Source: a virus
Lineage: Duplodnaviria; Caudoviricetes
Strand: one strand, 5' to 3'
DNA: 33,419 bases
IMG/VR virus record: IMGVR_UViG_3300014775_000531
Span: 1 to 33,419 of that record
The stretch's first letter is position 1. Every line of letters starts with the position of its first letter. Below, one piece after another: positions 26,164 through 33,419 of this stretch. Below the pieces are notes generated by a model that did no database searches, was not told the origin of the DNA, and was given only the letters and a program-made list of their open reading frames with translations. A program made the translations under genes and the position numbers.

Positions 26164-26191
26164 ATTTAACATAATGGGTATTATGCGAAGT
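26164..26191 (-). other. dif-like XerC/XerD recombination site
   Basis: Minus strand ACTTCGCATAA-TACCCA-TTATGTTAAAT. The XerD arm is 11/11 and the XerC arm 8/11 identical to E. coli dif (GGTGCGCATAA-TGTATA-TTATGTTAAAT), with a 6-bp spacer. Confidence 0.85.
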
Positions 26192-26211
26192 GCGGTCAAT
26201 AATCCCTTACG

Positions 26212-26224
26212 CATCAATGACTTA
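26212..26224 (+). promoter_or_regulatory. IHF-binding consensus site 2
   Basis: CATCAATGACTTA, part of the 14-bp direct repeat ATCAATGACTTACG at 26126-26139 and 26213-26226. Confidence 0.55.
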
Positions 26225-26294
26225 CGATTTGACAGTGTGCGTGCGTGCATAGAATTGCGCATATCGGTGCATAAATGAGTGTTATGTTATAACA

Positions 26295-26816
26295 TTACAT
26301 CTCTTCTGAAGTGTCGTGCGCGGGTGAATTTGCGTGCGGCGATGTGTCGCCGGTAAGTCTTTCTGGCTCCTGCACGCTCACCGTTCGCATCAGGTTACGC
26401 ACAGCCTCAAGGTGTAGCTGCGTCGTGTCAGTAATCCTGACGTCGCTTTGGATCTTATTACCCCATCGCTTCGGATCCATTCTCTCGGCAAGCCACTGTC
26501 TTGCCCCGATAGAAACCTTGGCGGCGTTCGGGTCAATCTGCTCCGTCTCAACCATATCGGCCAGTCGCTCAATACGCTCTGCATTAGCCAAAGCTCTGGC
26601 CGCTCTGACCGCCTCAAACTTCTCATGCAGCTCAGGGTCAGAGTTGATGCGATTGAGCAGGATGTTGTAGGTCACGCCGTTAGACCCATCGCCGACAAAA
26701 GCGCGCAATGAGTTGCCGTCAGCCAGATGCTCCCAGAGCTGCTCCCAGAAATCGGGAGTGCTCATAATCTTGAGGGCTTTCTCGCGCCTCTCACGCTTTC
26801 TCGGTGCGCCTGCCAT
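26295..26816 (-). CDS. terS: Terminase small subunit (Sf6 gp1-like)
   Basis: N-terminal HTH (LADGNSLRAF) and ARQWLAERMDPKRWG motif; upstream of terL. Confidence 0.8.
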   Translation of the reverse strand: MAGAPRKRERREKALKIMSTPDFWEQLWEHLADGNSLRAFVGDGSNGVTYNILLNRINSDPELHEKFEAVRAARALANAERIERLADMVETEQIDPNAAKVSIGARQWLAERMDPKRWGNKIQSDVRITDTTQLHLEAVRNLMRTVSVQEPERLTGDTSPHANSPAHDTSEEM

Positions 26817-27118
26817 CAGTCTTGATCCTTGTAGTCCACATAAGTCGTGACGTCCTCATAGTCCATCTCATAATCGACGACAGACACTACGTCAAAGTTG
26901 CTGTATTGCGTCCTGTAAACCTGCTCAGGCTTGTTTCGCGTCTTTCTGGTCTTAGGCACCACAGCCTTTTTCTCATCGGCGTAGACACGCCGCCAGAGCC
27001 TCTCAGACGTGGTGAAACGATGGCCGCAGCGAGTGCATTGCCGTCGCCGTCTAGCCTCACGGTCAAACTGGTAAACCTTCACCACCTCGGAAGGTTTGCT
27101 GCACTTAGGGCAACGCAT
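26816..27118 (-). CDS. NrdR-like zinc-ribbon protein
   Basis: MRCPKC...RRRRQCTRCGHRFTTSE; lacks the ATP-cone domain. Confidence 0.75.
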   Translation of the reverse strand: MRCPKCSKPSEVVKVYQFDREARRRRQCTRCGHRFTTSERLWRRVYADEKKAVVPKTRKTRNKPEQVYRTQYSNFDVVSVVDYEMDYEDVTTYVDYKDQD

Positions 27119-27120
27119 GG

Positions 27121-27444
27121 CTATCTCTCAGGCAGCTCTTTCTTGGCCAGCTCCAGCCAATCCTCAAGAGGTTGAATCACCACAAATCCCTTGTGGTCGC
27201 CACGAGCAATCACCACCGGCTTGTCAGAAACAGAGCTTGCTTTCTGACATTGCTCAAGCCATTCATAAACCGCAATTGATTTTCTGCGCTTCACTTCGAT
27301 CAAAAACTGACCCAGGCGAACATCAGCGCCGCCGTCTCTGGCTTGGCCTAGTATTCGATTGGTCTGCCACCCAGTCTTCTCTGTGATGATTTTGCAGACC
27401 TCACGCTCTGTCTCAGCGCCTCTCTGCCGTTGTCTCAGTCCCAT
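27121..27444 (-). CDS. PD-(D/E)XK Holliday junction resolvase-like nuclease
   Basis: RG...ERE...GGADV...IEVKRR motif; start at 27444 via TAATG coupling. Confidence 0.8.
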   Translation of the reverse strand: MGLRQRQRGAETEREVCKIITEKTGWQTNRILGQARDGGADVRLGQFLIEVKRRKSIAVYEWLEQCQKASSVSDKPVVIARGDHKGFVVIQPLEDWLELAKKELPER

Positions 27445-27752
27445 TACCAGCTCGCTGTTGCCCGTCCAATATCGACAGCATCGCACAACTCTTTTGCCCA
27501 GTGAGCATGAATCGTCAGCGTCTTACGTTTCTTGCGCCTGACAGGCTTGCGCTTAAAGCTAAACTCATCAGGCTGCCTAGCCTCGTCTACAGCCTCGCAA
27601 ACCAACCTGATGACCTGGTTGCGTTCCAAGGTCTGGGCAGACGCCTGACGCACAAACTCATCCGACAGCCCTCTAGCCCGCTGGCTTGAGTGATAGCCGC
27701 AGCGCTTGCCTCCAGAGCGAGGCAGAAGGCAGACAGGGCATCTATTCGCCAT
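27444..27752 (-). CDS. Hypothetical protein with N-terminal CxxC...CxxH zinc finger
   Basis: MANRCPVC...RCGYH; start position inferred. Confidence 0.5.
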   Translation of the reverse strand: MANRCPVCLLPRSGGKRCGYHSSQRARGLSDEFVRQASAQTLERNQVIRLVCEAVDEARQPDEFSFKRKPVRRKKRKTLTIHAHWAKELCDAVDIGRATASW

Positions 27753-28014
27753 ATCGCGCATGCACCTCTGCCCTCTCTCTGGCCGCCTCAAGAGTCTGTA
27801 ATCGGTCGATGACTCTCGGCTCGGCTTTGTGCCTGTCTCTCCTGACCAACGTGTAGGTCACCTCACCCGCCACGTTAGACGGGTTGATGCTGTACCGCCG
27901 GCAGGAAGTTGTCCACAGCCAGAAGTCATCTGGCGTGTTCTTAATCCAAGTCAGCCCAGGCGGGTTTCTTTCCAACGGTTCCATTTGAGTCCTCGTGCCA
28001 TAACAATTTGCCAT
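27742..28014 (-). CDS. Hypothetical protein
   Basis: ORF packed within the operon; the true start may be downstream (MEPLER). Confidence 0.5.
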   Translation of the reverse strand: MANCYGTRTQMEPLERNPPGLTWIKNTPDDFWLWTTSCRRYSINPSNVAGEVTYTLVRRDRHKAEPRVIDRLQTLEAARERAEVHARYGE

Positions 28015-28168
28015 CGAATCGCTTTTGGAATGTTCGCATCACCCGGAGCCATTCAACGCCGTAGCAGTTAGCCAACCGCTTAGCTAAGTCCGACTCCATG
28101 TCAGCTGGCTCCAGCTCGGGTACTTGCTTAGGTTGTTGCTTGTAAACAACACGTTGCGTTCGCGCCAC
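27941..28168 (-). CDS. Hypothetical protein (75 aa)
   Basis: GTG start with GAGG RBS upstream. Confidence 0.55.
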   Translation of the reverse strand: MARTQRVVYKQQPKQVPELEPADMESDLAKRLANCYGVEWLRVMRTFQKRFDGKLLWHEDSNGTVGKKPAWADLD

Positions 28169-28211
28169 AGTTTACCTCTCAGTTTGTTCCAGTCTTTTGT
28201 CGTCCATCAAA

Positions 28212-28322
28212 ATGTCCGAAACATGTCCGAATGTCCGAGTCCCTAGGACTCTCGGACATTTTCGGACATCTATGTTCGTCCGAAATTGACCGAATTTGAC
28301 GCTTTCGGACATTTTCGGACAT
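28212..28322. repeat. Iteron array, putative replication origin
   Basis: ATGTCCGA at 28212, 28223 and 28231; inverted TCGGACAT at 28252, 28262, 28305 and 28315; immediately 3' of the primase-helicase gene. Confidence 0.75.
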
Positions 28323-30373
28323 CACTCAACCGCCAGCCTAGAGCCGCCCACACTGGCGACTAGAAACGGCGACATCATCAACTTTTCGACCGCATCGTGG
28401 ACAGACTGACGGCTGATGCCGCACTCTCTGCCAATCGCCCGCAGCTCCTCAGTCGTCCACACCATCGGATGCTCGGCCCGCTTCTGCCTTTCTCGGAGCG
28501 CCAGCAGGATCGTCCTCTGGGCCTTGCCCGATGGCGCTTGGGCTGAGATGGGCTTCTCCTGCGCCGCCTCCGTCTCGCGCATCACGAGGCTGGTCAGCCG
28601 CTCGCCGTAACGGTCAGCCGCCCCAAGGTCGACCACCTCCGCCGTGTAGGCAAGGTTCGGCAGCTCGCCCGTGTCCTTGAACCGCTGCCGCGTGACCTCG
28701 ACATGGCCCTCGGGCTGCGCCGCACGCTTGACGATAAACTCACTGTCAGGGTTCGCCATGAGCGCACTCGCGCCTCGCGGGCGGTCAGAGTCGCCGTGCC
28801 CGCTGTGCGCCACGATCAGCACCGAGGCGTGATACCGCTCGCGGATATAGCGGCTCACCTGCGCCAGATACTCAGCGACCTCTTGGTTGCTATTCTCATC
28901 CATCCCCGCGCTAAACTTGCTCAGCGTGTCAATCACCACGAGCTTGGGCGGTGCCGGCATACCGTCCATCGCCTCGACGAGCAGCGCCATCTCCTCCTCT
29001 CGGTTGAGGTTGAGCGGCTTCTCGAGCGCCACGATGGGCAGCCGCCGCAAGTCCATCCCGCCGCCGAATGTCTGCATCCACGCCTTGACACGGCGCCCGA
29101 GACCGCCGCCCTCGCCGGACAACATGGCGACGCCGTTGCCCTGCATGGCGATCTTCATGGCCCAGTCGAGCGCGATGAATGACTTAAAGCTCGCCCGCGG
29201 CCCGGCGAGCACCGCGATCACCCCCGCCTCGATGACGTGGTGCAGGAGCCATTCCGGCTCACGGTTTTCATCCACGATGTCGGCGACGTGACGCAGCTCC
29301 ACCCTAAAGCCCGTTTCATTCGTAACACTTGGCGTTACATCTATGCCACTCGGTGGCACAGTCTCGCGCACCATCCCCATCGCCTCCGGCACGTCGCTGT
29401 AGTCGTCCTCCGGCTCCTCCCGCTGTGGCGGCCCAATGCGCACCGACTCTGGCACAGACACCCAGCCGCCCGCCTTGGCCGCATTGAAGAGACTGCCGAG
29501 CGTAACGCCGCCTCTCCTGTCCAGATGGAACGACTGCCAGCGATACTCGATGTCAGCACGGCCGGCGTAAGAGTCCGGCAGCACGCCCGTGATGCCACCG
29601 CTTGACCACGCATCCCAAAGCTCAAGCCCGTCGTCGGCTCCGCCTGATGAGTGGTGCAGCGCCATCCCGACCATGAGCCACGGGTCATACTCCGACGGGT
29701 CGATGAAGGCGAGCGCCTCAGTGATGCGCGGCAGGTCGCGCTGGAAGTCCTGACTGGTGCCAGGTCGAGGCGGTAGTTTTGCCGCCAGCTCCGCCGGCAG
29801 CTCCAGATCCATCCGCCGCTCGTCGATCAGCCCCGCGGGCAGTGGCGCGATGGCCTCGAGCGGCCCCTGCTGCCCAAAGTGGAGCGGCCACCAGATGATG
29901 TAGCCGCCCTCGGCGCGGATGTCTAAGCCTTGGCGCTTGACCTTTGCGAGCGTGACGCTGACGCCGCCACGGATCTTGACACCGGCCGGCGTCGAGAAGA
30001 GGTAATGTCTCCCCCCGCTACCGCCGCCGGTGGCGTGAATTCTGGTGCCGGTCAGTGCCGCCTGATTTTCTGCCAGAAAGTCGAGAGCAGACTCGCCAGC
30101 AGACTGCGCGTCGAAATCGATGACGGCGAGTCGGGTACGGGAGCCGGTGGGCACCCCGACGAGGGCGTCGGGTCTGGCTGCCCACCACCGCCTGATTTGC
30201 GCCTCGTCTTGGGTGGCGTCTTTGAATCCGTTTGCGGTGAGCGGGCTTTTGGCCTTGAGCGTGCGGCCTTGGTTATCGGTTTCATCTGTCCTCCTGCACG
30301 GAAAAACTGGGTATCGCTTGGAAAGCTCCAAGACCTTTTCAATCGCCACGATGGCGGTCAGCTCTGGCTTCAT
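28322..30373 (-). CDS. Bifunctional primase-polymerase + PriCT-2 + RepA-like AAA (SF4) helicase
   Basis: YPVFPC, VIDFD, GRHYLF and DIRAEGGYI (Prim-Pol); YDPWLMVGMALH...WDAWS (PriCT-2); GPRASFKS, VVIDTL and IVAHSGH (AAA_25-type). Confidence 0.92.
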   Translation of the reverse strand: MKPELTAIVAIEKVLELSKRYPVFPCRRTDETDNQGRTLKAKSPLTANGFKDATQDEAQIRRWWAARPDALVGVPTGSRTRLAVIDFDAQSAGESALDFLAENQAALTGTRIHATGGGSGGRHYLFSTPAGVKIRGGVSVTLAKVKRQGLDIRAEGGYIIWWPLHFGQQGPLEAIAPLPAGLIDERRMDLELPAELAAKLPPRPGTSQDFQRDLPRITEALAFIDPSEYDPWLMVGMALHHSSGGADDGLELWDAWSSGGITGVLPDSYAGRADIEYRWQSFHLDRRGGVTLGSLFNAAKAGGWVSVPESVRIGPPQREEPEDDYSDVPEAMGMVRETVPPSGIDVTPSVTNETGFRVELRHVADIVDENREPEWLLHHVIEAGVIAVLAGPRASFKSFIALDWAMKIAMQGNGVAMLSGEGGGLGRRVKAWMQTFGGGMDLRRLPIVALEKPLNLNREEEMALLVEAMDGMPAPPKLVVIDTLSKFSAGMDENSNQEVAEYLAQVSRYIRERYHASVLIVAHSGHGDSDRPRGASALMANPDSEFIVKRAAQPEGHVEVTRQRFKDTGELPNLAYTAEVVDLGAADRYGERLTSLVMRETEAAQEKPISAQAPSGKAQRTILLALRERQKRAEHPMVWTTEELRAIGRECGISRQSVHDAVEKLMMSPFLVASVGGSRLAVE

Positions 30374-30374
30374 G

Positions 30375-30593
30375 TCACACCCCCGGTGGATACAAGTCTG
30401 GCCGGAGCTTGCTGCGCGCCACCCCGCTCACGGCCTCAAGTTTCAACGTCTGCAAGGCAGGGACACGCCCACGCTTGCACCAATACTGTACGGCCTGCTG
30501 GGTCACTCCCATTGTCTTCGCGGCGGCGGTCTGCCCCCCAAGAATGTCAACGGCGTGTAGCAGGGCGATGGTTTCTGGTGGTGGTTTCTTCAT
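30375..30593 (-). CDS. Cro-like (YdaS-type) HTH regulator
   Basis: GGQTAAAKTMGVTQQAVQYW...LRPDLY motif. Confidence 0.88.
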   Translation of the reverse strand: MKKPPPETIALLHAVDILGGQTAAAKTMGVTQQAVQYWCKRGRVPALQTLKLEAVSGVARSKLRPDLYPPGV

Positions 30594-30601
30594 AACCTAC
30601 A

Positions 30602-30630
30602 AATGTACTTTGTCATCCAGCTCCGTGCAA
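30602..30630 (-). promoter_or_regulatory. Leftward sigma70 promoter for a near-leaderless cro-like mRNA
   Basis: TTGCAC-17 bp-TACATT, 8 nt before the ATG at 30593. Confidence 0.6.
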
Positions 30631-30654
30631 CCGAAATAATTTCACAAAAGGGGC

Positions 30655-30683
30655 TTGTGCTTTATGTTGTGCCTTGCTACAGT
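30655..30683 (+). promoter_or_regulatory. Rightward sigma70 promoter of the early arm
   Basis: TTGTGC-17 bp-TACAGT, with an AAGGAG RBS before the ATG at 30736. Confidence 0.6.
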
Positions 30684-30735
30684 CCGCCCATGGACAGCAC
30701 ACCGCTGACCCAGAAGTGTTTGAAGGAGACCAACC

Positions 30736-30918
30736 ATGAACTGCATCACCTGCAACAAACGCGAGGCGACACTCGACGACAATTGTCTGGAGTGCGAGAC
30801 AGAGTTTTATTTGTCCGACAAAGCCGAGGCCGAGTCGTTGATTGAATTCTTCAACAAATACCCCAAGCACCTTGAGGCGTGGCGGCCGGTCGTTGACGCA
30901 ATCATGAGGATGCACTGA
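30736..30918 (+). CDS. Small CxxC...CxxC zinc-finger early protein (60 aa)
   Basis: Strong RBS; CITC and CLEC pairs. Confidence 0.7.
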   Translation: MNCITCNKREATLDDNCLECETEFYLSDKAEAESLIEFFNKYPKHLEAWRPVVDAIMRMH

Positions 30919-31133
30919 TGGACGCCCTAGTCAACGCGGCCTCGCCACATGAGTGGTGGATGCTTGCCAAAGCGTTTTGGGTGTTCGCTGGGCTGTGTGT
31001 GGTCGGGATGTTGATTGAAGGCCCGCTCGCCAGCATGTGGCGGCGCTGGCAGTACCTCAAAGATCAAGAGTGGCGGTCGGTTCCCCCGCCAAACTGGCGC
31101 AGCTCACGCGGCGGCGGCAGAGAGTATTGGTGA
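30918..31133 (+). CDS. Small membrane protein (71 aa)
   Basis: TGATG coupling; one TM helix; Trp-rich. Confidence 0.6.
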   Translation: MDALVNAASPHEWWMLAKAFWVFAGLCVVGMLIEGPLASMWRRWQYLKDQEWRSVPPPNWRSSRGGGREYW

Positions 31134-31160
31134 ACCGTTGTTAAATTAAGGAGCAATCAA

Positions 31161-31859
31161 ATGCCTATCTATATAAGTGAATCAAGTGGTGGCGGTAACT
31201 TTGAAAAGAAGGTGTTACCAGCCGGCGCTTACCCAGCAATATCTGACATGGTGATTGACCTGGGCGTGCAGGCCTCGCCTAATAGTCAATACCCTGCCAA
31301 ACGCACGGTGTTATTGCGTTTTCAAATCCCATCGGAGCGTGTTGAGATTACTAAGGATGGCGAGACAAAAGACCTCCCCGCCGTCATTAGCCGTACGCTG
31401 AGCCTGTCGCTCAACGAAAAGGCGACTCTACGTCAGTTTTTGCAGAGCTGGCGTGGGCGTGCCTTCACGCCAGAAGAGCTCAAAAAATTTGATTTGGTCA
31501 ACGTGTTGGGGAAGCCTTGTTTTGTCAATATAACGCACAGCGTTAAAGGTGACCGCACATACGCCAACCTCACCAGCATCATGCCGCTACCAAAGGGCAT
31601 GCCGGCCCCTGAGCTGGAAGGCGAGGCCTTGTGGTACAGCATCGACGAGCCTGACGCGACCGTGTTTGACAAGCTGCCGGCGTGGATACAAGACAAGATT
31701 GCTAACCGCGTCATCGACCAGCCTGCTGCTGTCAAGCCTGCGGCTGCGCCTGCTCAAGTTGATACTTGGGCCAAGTCTGGGCCAAAGGGGCCGACCAAGC
31801 CAAAGATTGACGAGAGTGTGGAGTTCCAGCCTGACGACCTCGACGCGGTGGCATTCTGA
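31161..31859 (+). CDS. Phage ssDNA-binding / replication protein (NGO0469-like)
   Basis: IDLGVQ, LSLNEKATLR..L.SWRG, LGKPC and LP.WIQ.KI motifs; acidic C-terminal tail ending in F; AAGGAG RBS. Confidence 0.7.
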   Translation: MPIYISESSGGGNFEKKVLPAGAYPAISDMVIDLGVQASPNSQYPAKRTVLLRFQIPSERVEITKDGETKDLPAVISRTLSLSLNEKATLRQFLQSWRGRAFTPEELKKFDLVNVLGKPCFVNITHSVKGDRTYANLTSIMPLPKGMPAPELEGEALWYSIDEPDATVFDKLPAWIQDKIANRVIDQPAAVKPAAAPAQVDTWAKSGPKGPTKPKIDESVEFQPDDLDAVAF

Positions 31860-32566
31860 TGCCTACCTCACGAGTCGGTTATAAAACCACCGATGGCAAA
31901 AAGGTTCCAAGTGTCACCACGGTCTTGAAGATTAAAGACCCAGGTGCCTTGATTAACTGGGCCTATCGTACCGGCCGTGAGCATGGAATCTTGGAGGGGT
32001 CGGGCCAACCGGCCCCTTCAGGACTCTATGACGGCACTGACGTGCTGGCTATCGGCACCTGCGTGCATAGCATGTGTGAGGCATGGGTCAAGGGCGATGA
32101 GCCTATGCTTGTGCTAGAGAAGGCGCTGGACGCTGAGACGGTTTACGACAAGGCGAGCTTTCGGGCGCAGGCTGCATCCGCATACTCGGCCTTTGAATTC
32201 TGGGTCAAGGGTACACAGTTAGAGATTATTGACTGTGAGGTCAAGGTGGTCAGCGACACGCACCGCTTCGGCGGCACGCTGGACTTTATCGGCAAGCTCA
32301 ACGACAAGCTCGTGTTAGGCGACTTCAAGACGAGCGGCGCAGTCTATCCAGAGTATTTGATGCAGGTCGCCGCATACGCGAAAGCCTATGAGGAGACGAC
32401 TGGCAACATCATTGACGGCGGCTACCACATCCTGCGCTTCTCCAAAGAAAACGGAGACTTCGGCCACCACTTCTACCCCAACTTGGACGACGACGCATGG
32501 CCGGCCTTCTTGCACACGCTGGCCCTGTACGAACTCAACCTGAAACTCAAGAAGAGGGCGGCATGA
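31859..32566 (+). CDS. PD-(D/E)XK exonuclease (lambda-exo/Cas4-like)
   Basis: PSVTTVL, GTCVH, GGTLD, DFKTS and QVAAY motifs. Confidence 0.85.
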   Translation: MPTSRVGYKTTDGKKVPSVTTVLKIKDPGALINWAYRTGREHGILEGSGQPAPSGLYDGTDVLAIGTCVHSMCEAWVKGDEPMLVLEKALDAETVYDKASFRAQAASAYSAFEFWVKGTQLEIIDCEVKVVSDTHRFGGTLDFIGKLNDKLVLGDFKTSGAVYPEYLMQVAAYAKAYEETTGNIIDGGYHILRFSKENGDFGHHFYPNLDDDAWPAFLHTLALYELNLKLKKRAA

Positions 32567-32703
32567 ATAAAGAATTCTGGGAAAACACCTTTCTGGCGGC
32601 AATCTTCATCATTACCTGTCTCGGCGGCATCGCAGTCTTTGCCGCTTTGATTGGATTCTTTGGTGGAGTGGTATGGAGTACGTTTCGATGGATGATCCAG
32701 TAA
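32563..32703 (+). CDS. Small membrane protein (46 aa)
   Basis: ATGA overlap with the exonuclease stop; long hydrophobic stretch. Confidence 0.55.
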   Translation: MNKEFWENTFLAAIFIITCLGGIAVFAALIGFFGGVVWSTFRWMIQ

Positions 32704-32966
32704 ACCCAAAGCATTACCAGTTTGACATCAACGGATTCAAGGTCGAGGCGTTCGACTACATCCGTGTCGTCTTAGGCGACGAGGGTGCGCTAGCCTACTG
32801 TCGCGGCTCTGCCTTGAAGTATCTCAGTCGCGCTGGCCGCAAGGAGGGGCAACCCTCCGAGCAAGACTTCAAAAAGGCGGCATGGTTCTGCGTGAAGGCT
32901 GCGCACATCGCCGAGGATATCGTGGCGGCAGCCGAGGATGACGAGATTGACTGGGGTGACTTATGA
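32688..32966 (+). CDS. DUF3310 / SaV-like protein (T7 gp1.7 nucleotide kinase-related)
   Basis: DPVNPKHY...G.ALKYL.RAG.K...D.KKA.W motif; GGAG RBS. Confidence 0.85.
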   Translation: MDDPVNPKHYQFDINGFKVEAFDYIRVVLGDEGALAYCRGSALKYLSRAGRKEGQPSEQDFKKAAWFCVKAAHIAEDIVAAAEDDEIDWGDL

Positions 32967-33024
32967 ATCGTGCGGCAGTCATATCCCAGAGAATTGACTG
33001 ATTTGTAGGTCACTAGGAAAAGCA

Positions 33025-33195
33025 ATGAACAGACAAGAAATCATTGAACTGGCCGAGCAGGTCAAAGACCCAAAGCCACTCAGGCCCATCCACAAAGAAA
33101 GCTGGACGGTCTATCCGGAGTGGTTGATGGAGTTTGCTAAGAATGTCATCGAGAAACACGAGGACTTAAATCATGGCAGCGACGTTAGACAATGA
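33025..33195 (+). CDS. Hypothetical protein (56 aa, MNRQEIIELAEQ...)
   Basis: Not in the ORF track; manual translation with AGGA RBS. Confidence 0.6.
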   Translation: MNRQEIIELAEQVKDPKPLRPIHKESWTVYPEWLMEFAKNVIEKHEDLNHGSDVRQ

Positions 33196-33419
33196 ATCAC
33201 TGAGCGGTGCTTGGTTGCGTGAGTGGCTCGCACAGTCCCACTCAAGCTATGAGTGGCGTGCGCATGTGATGGAACAACAGGAGCGAATCAAGGCGTACCT
33301 TGAGCAGATTGAGAAGCTCACCAAGGAGCGTGACGAGATGCTGCGCTGGCAGGTGGAGTCATCACAGAATGAGATGCACCTGCGGGCCAAGATGTTACGC
33401 TACGAGGAAACGCTCAAGC
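33173..33419 (+). CDS. Hypothetical coiled-coil protein, runs off the window (MAATLDNESL...)
   Basis: GAGG RBS; frame open to the window end. Confidence 0.6.
   Translation, partial: MAATLDNESLSGAWLREWLAQSHSSYEWRAHVMEQQERIKAYLEQIEKLTKERDEMLRWQVESSQNEMHLRAKMLRYEETLK

Larger units (their letters stand above)
1..33419. mobile_element. Tailed dsDNA bacteriophage genome segment, podovirus-like (partial)
   Basis: Terminase, portal, scaffold, major capsid, adaptor, nozzle, ejection, lysis and replication genes in phage synteny. No tape measure, tail tube or sheath genes, and no host housekeeping genes. Confidence 0.97.

Noticed and set aside
26038-26262. 74-aa ORF in the terS-terL gap
   Set aside because: No recognisable features; the region is better explained as dense cis-acting sites.
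28212-28322. Possible CRISPR array
   Set aside because: Repeats are 8 bp, in both orientations, with no 25-40 bp unique spacers and no cas operon. The Cas4-like nuclease is a common phage exonuclease.

Overview
The window is most of a tailed dsDNA phage genome with podovirus-like (P22/SU10-type) gene order. The host is probably a proteobacterium, inferred from sigma70, XerCD, IHF and Fur motifs. The minus strand (30593 to 1) carries, in order: Cro-like regulator, primase-polymerase/helicase with an adjacent iteron origin, resolvase, TerS, TerL, a methyltransferase/glycosyltransferase/glycosidase cassette, portal, several small head-region genes, scaffold, major capsid, a second glycosyltransferase, adaptor, tail fibre genes, a lysis cassette, nozzle and ejection proteins. 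A divergent plus-strand early arm begins at 30736. No integrase or CI repressor is visible. Most notable observations: (1) a near-perfect XerC/XerD dif-like site flanked by two IHF boxes and a Fur-box palindrome in the terS-terL gap; (2) a candidate -1 ribosomal frameshift (A AAU UUU plus stem-loop) extending a prion-like Gly/Tyr-rich protein; (3) an AT-rich candidate polymorphic effector with a convergent antisense partner gene; (4) a recurring terminal (R/G)GLL motif in putative internal virion proteins; (5) a probable virion glycosylation kit; (6) a HiPIP-like Cys protein. All family assignments come from motif recognition and synteny; no database search was run.
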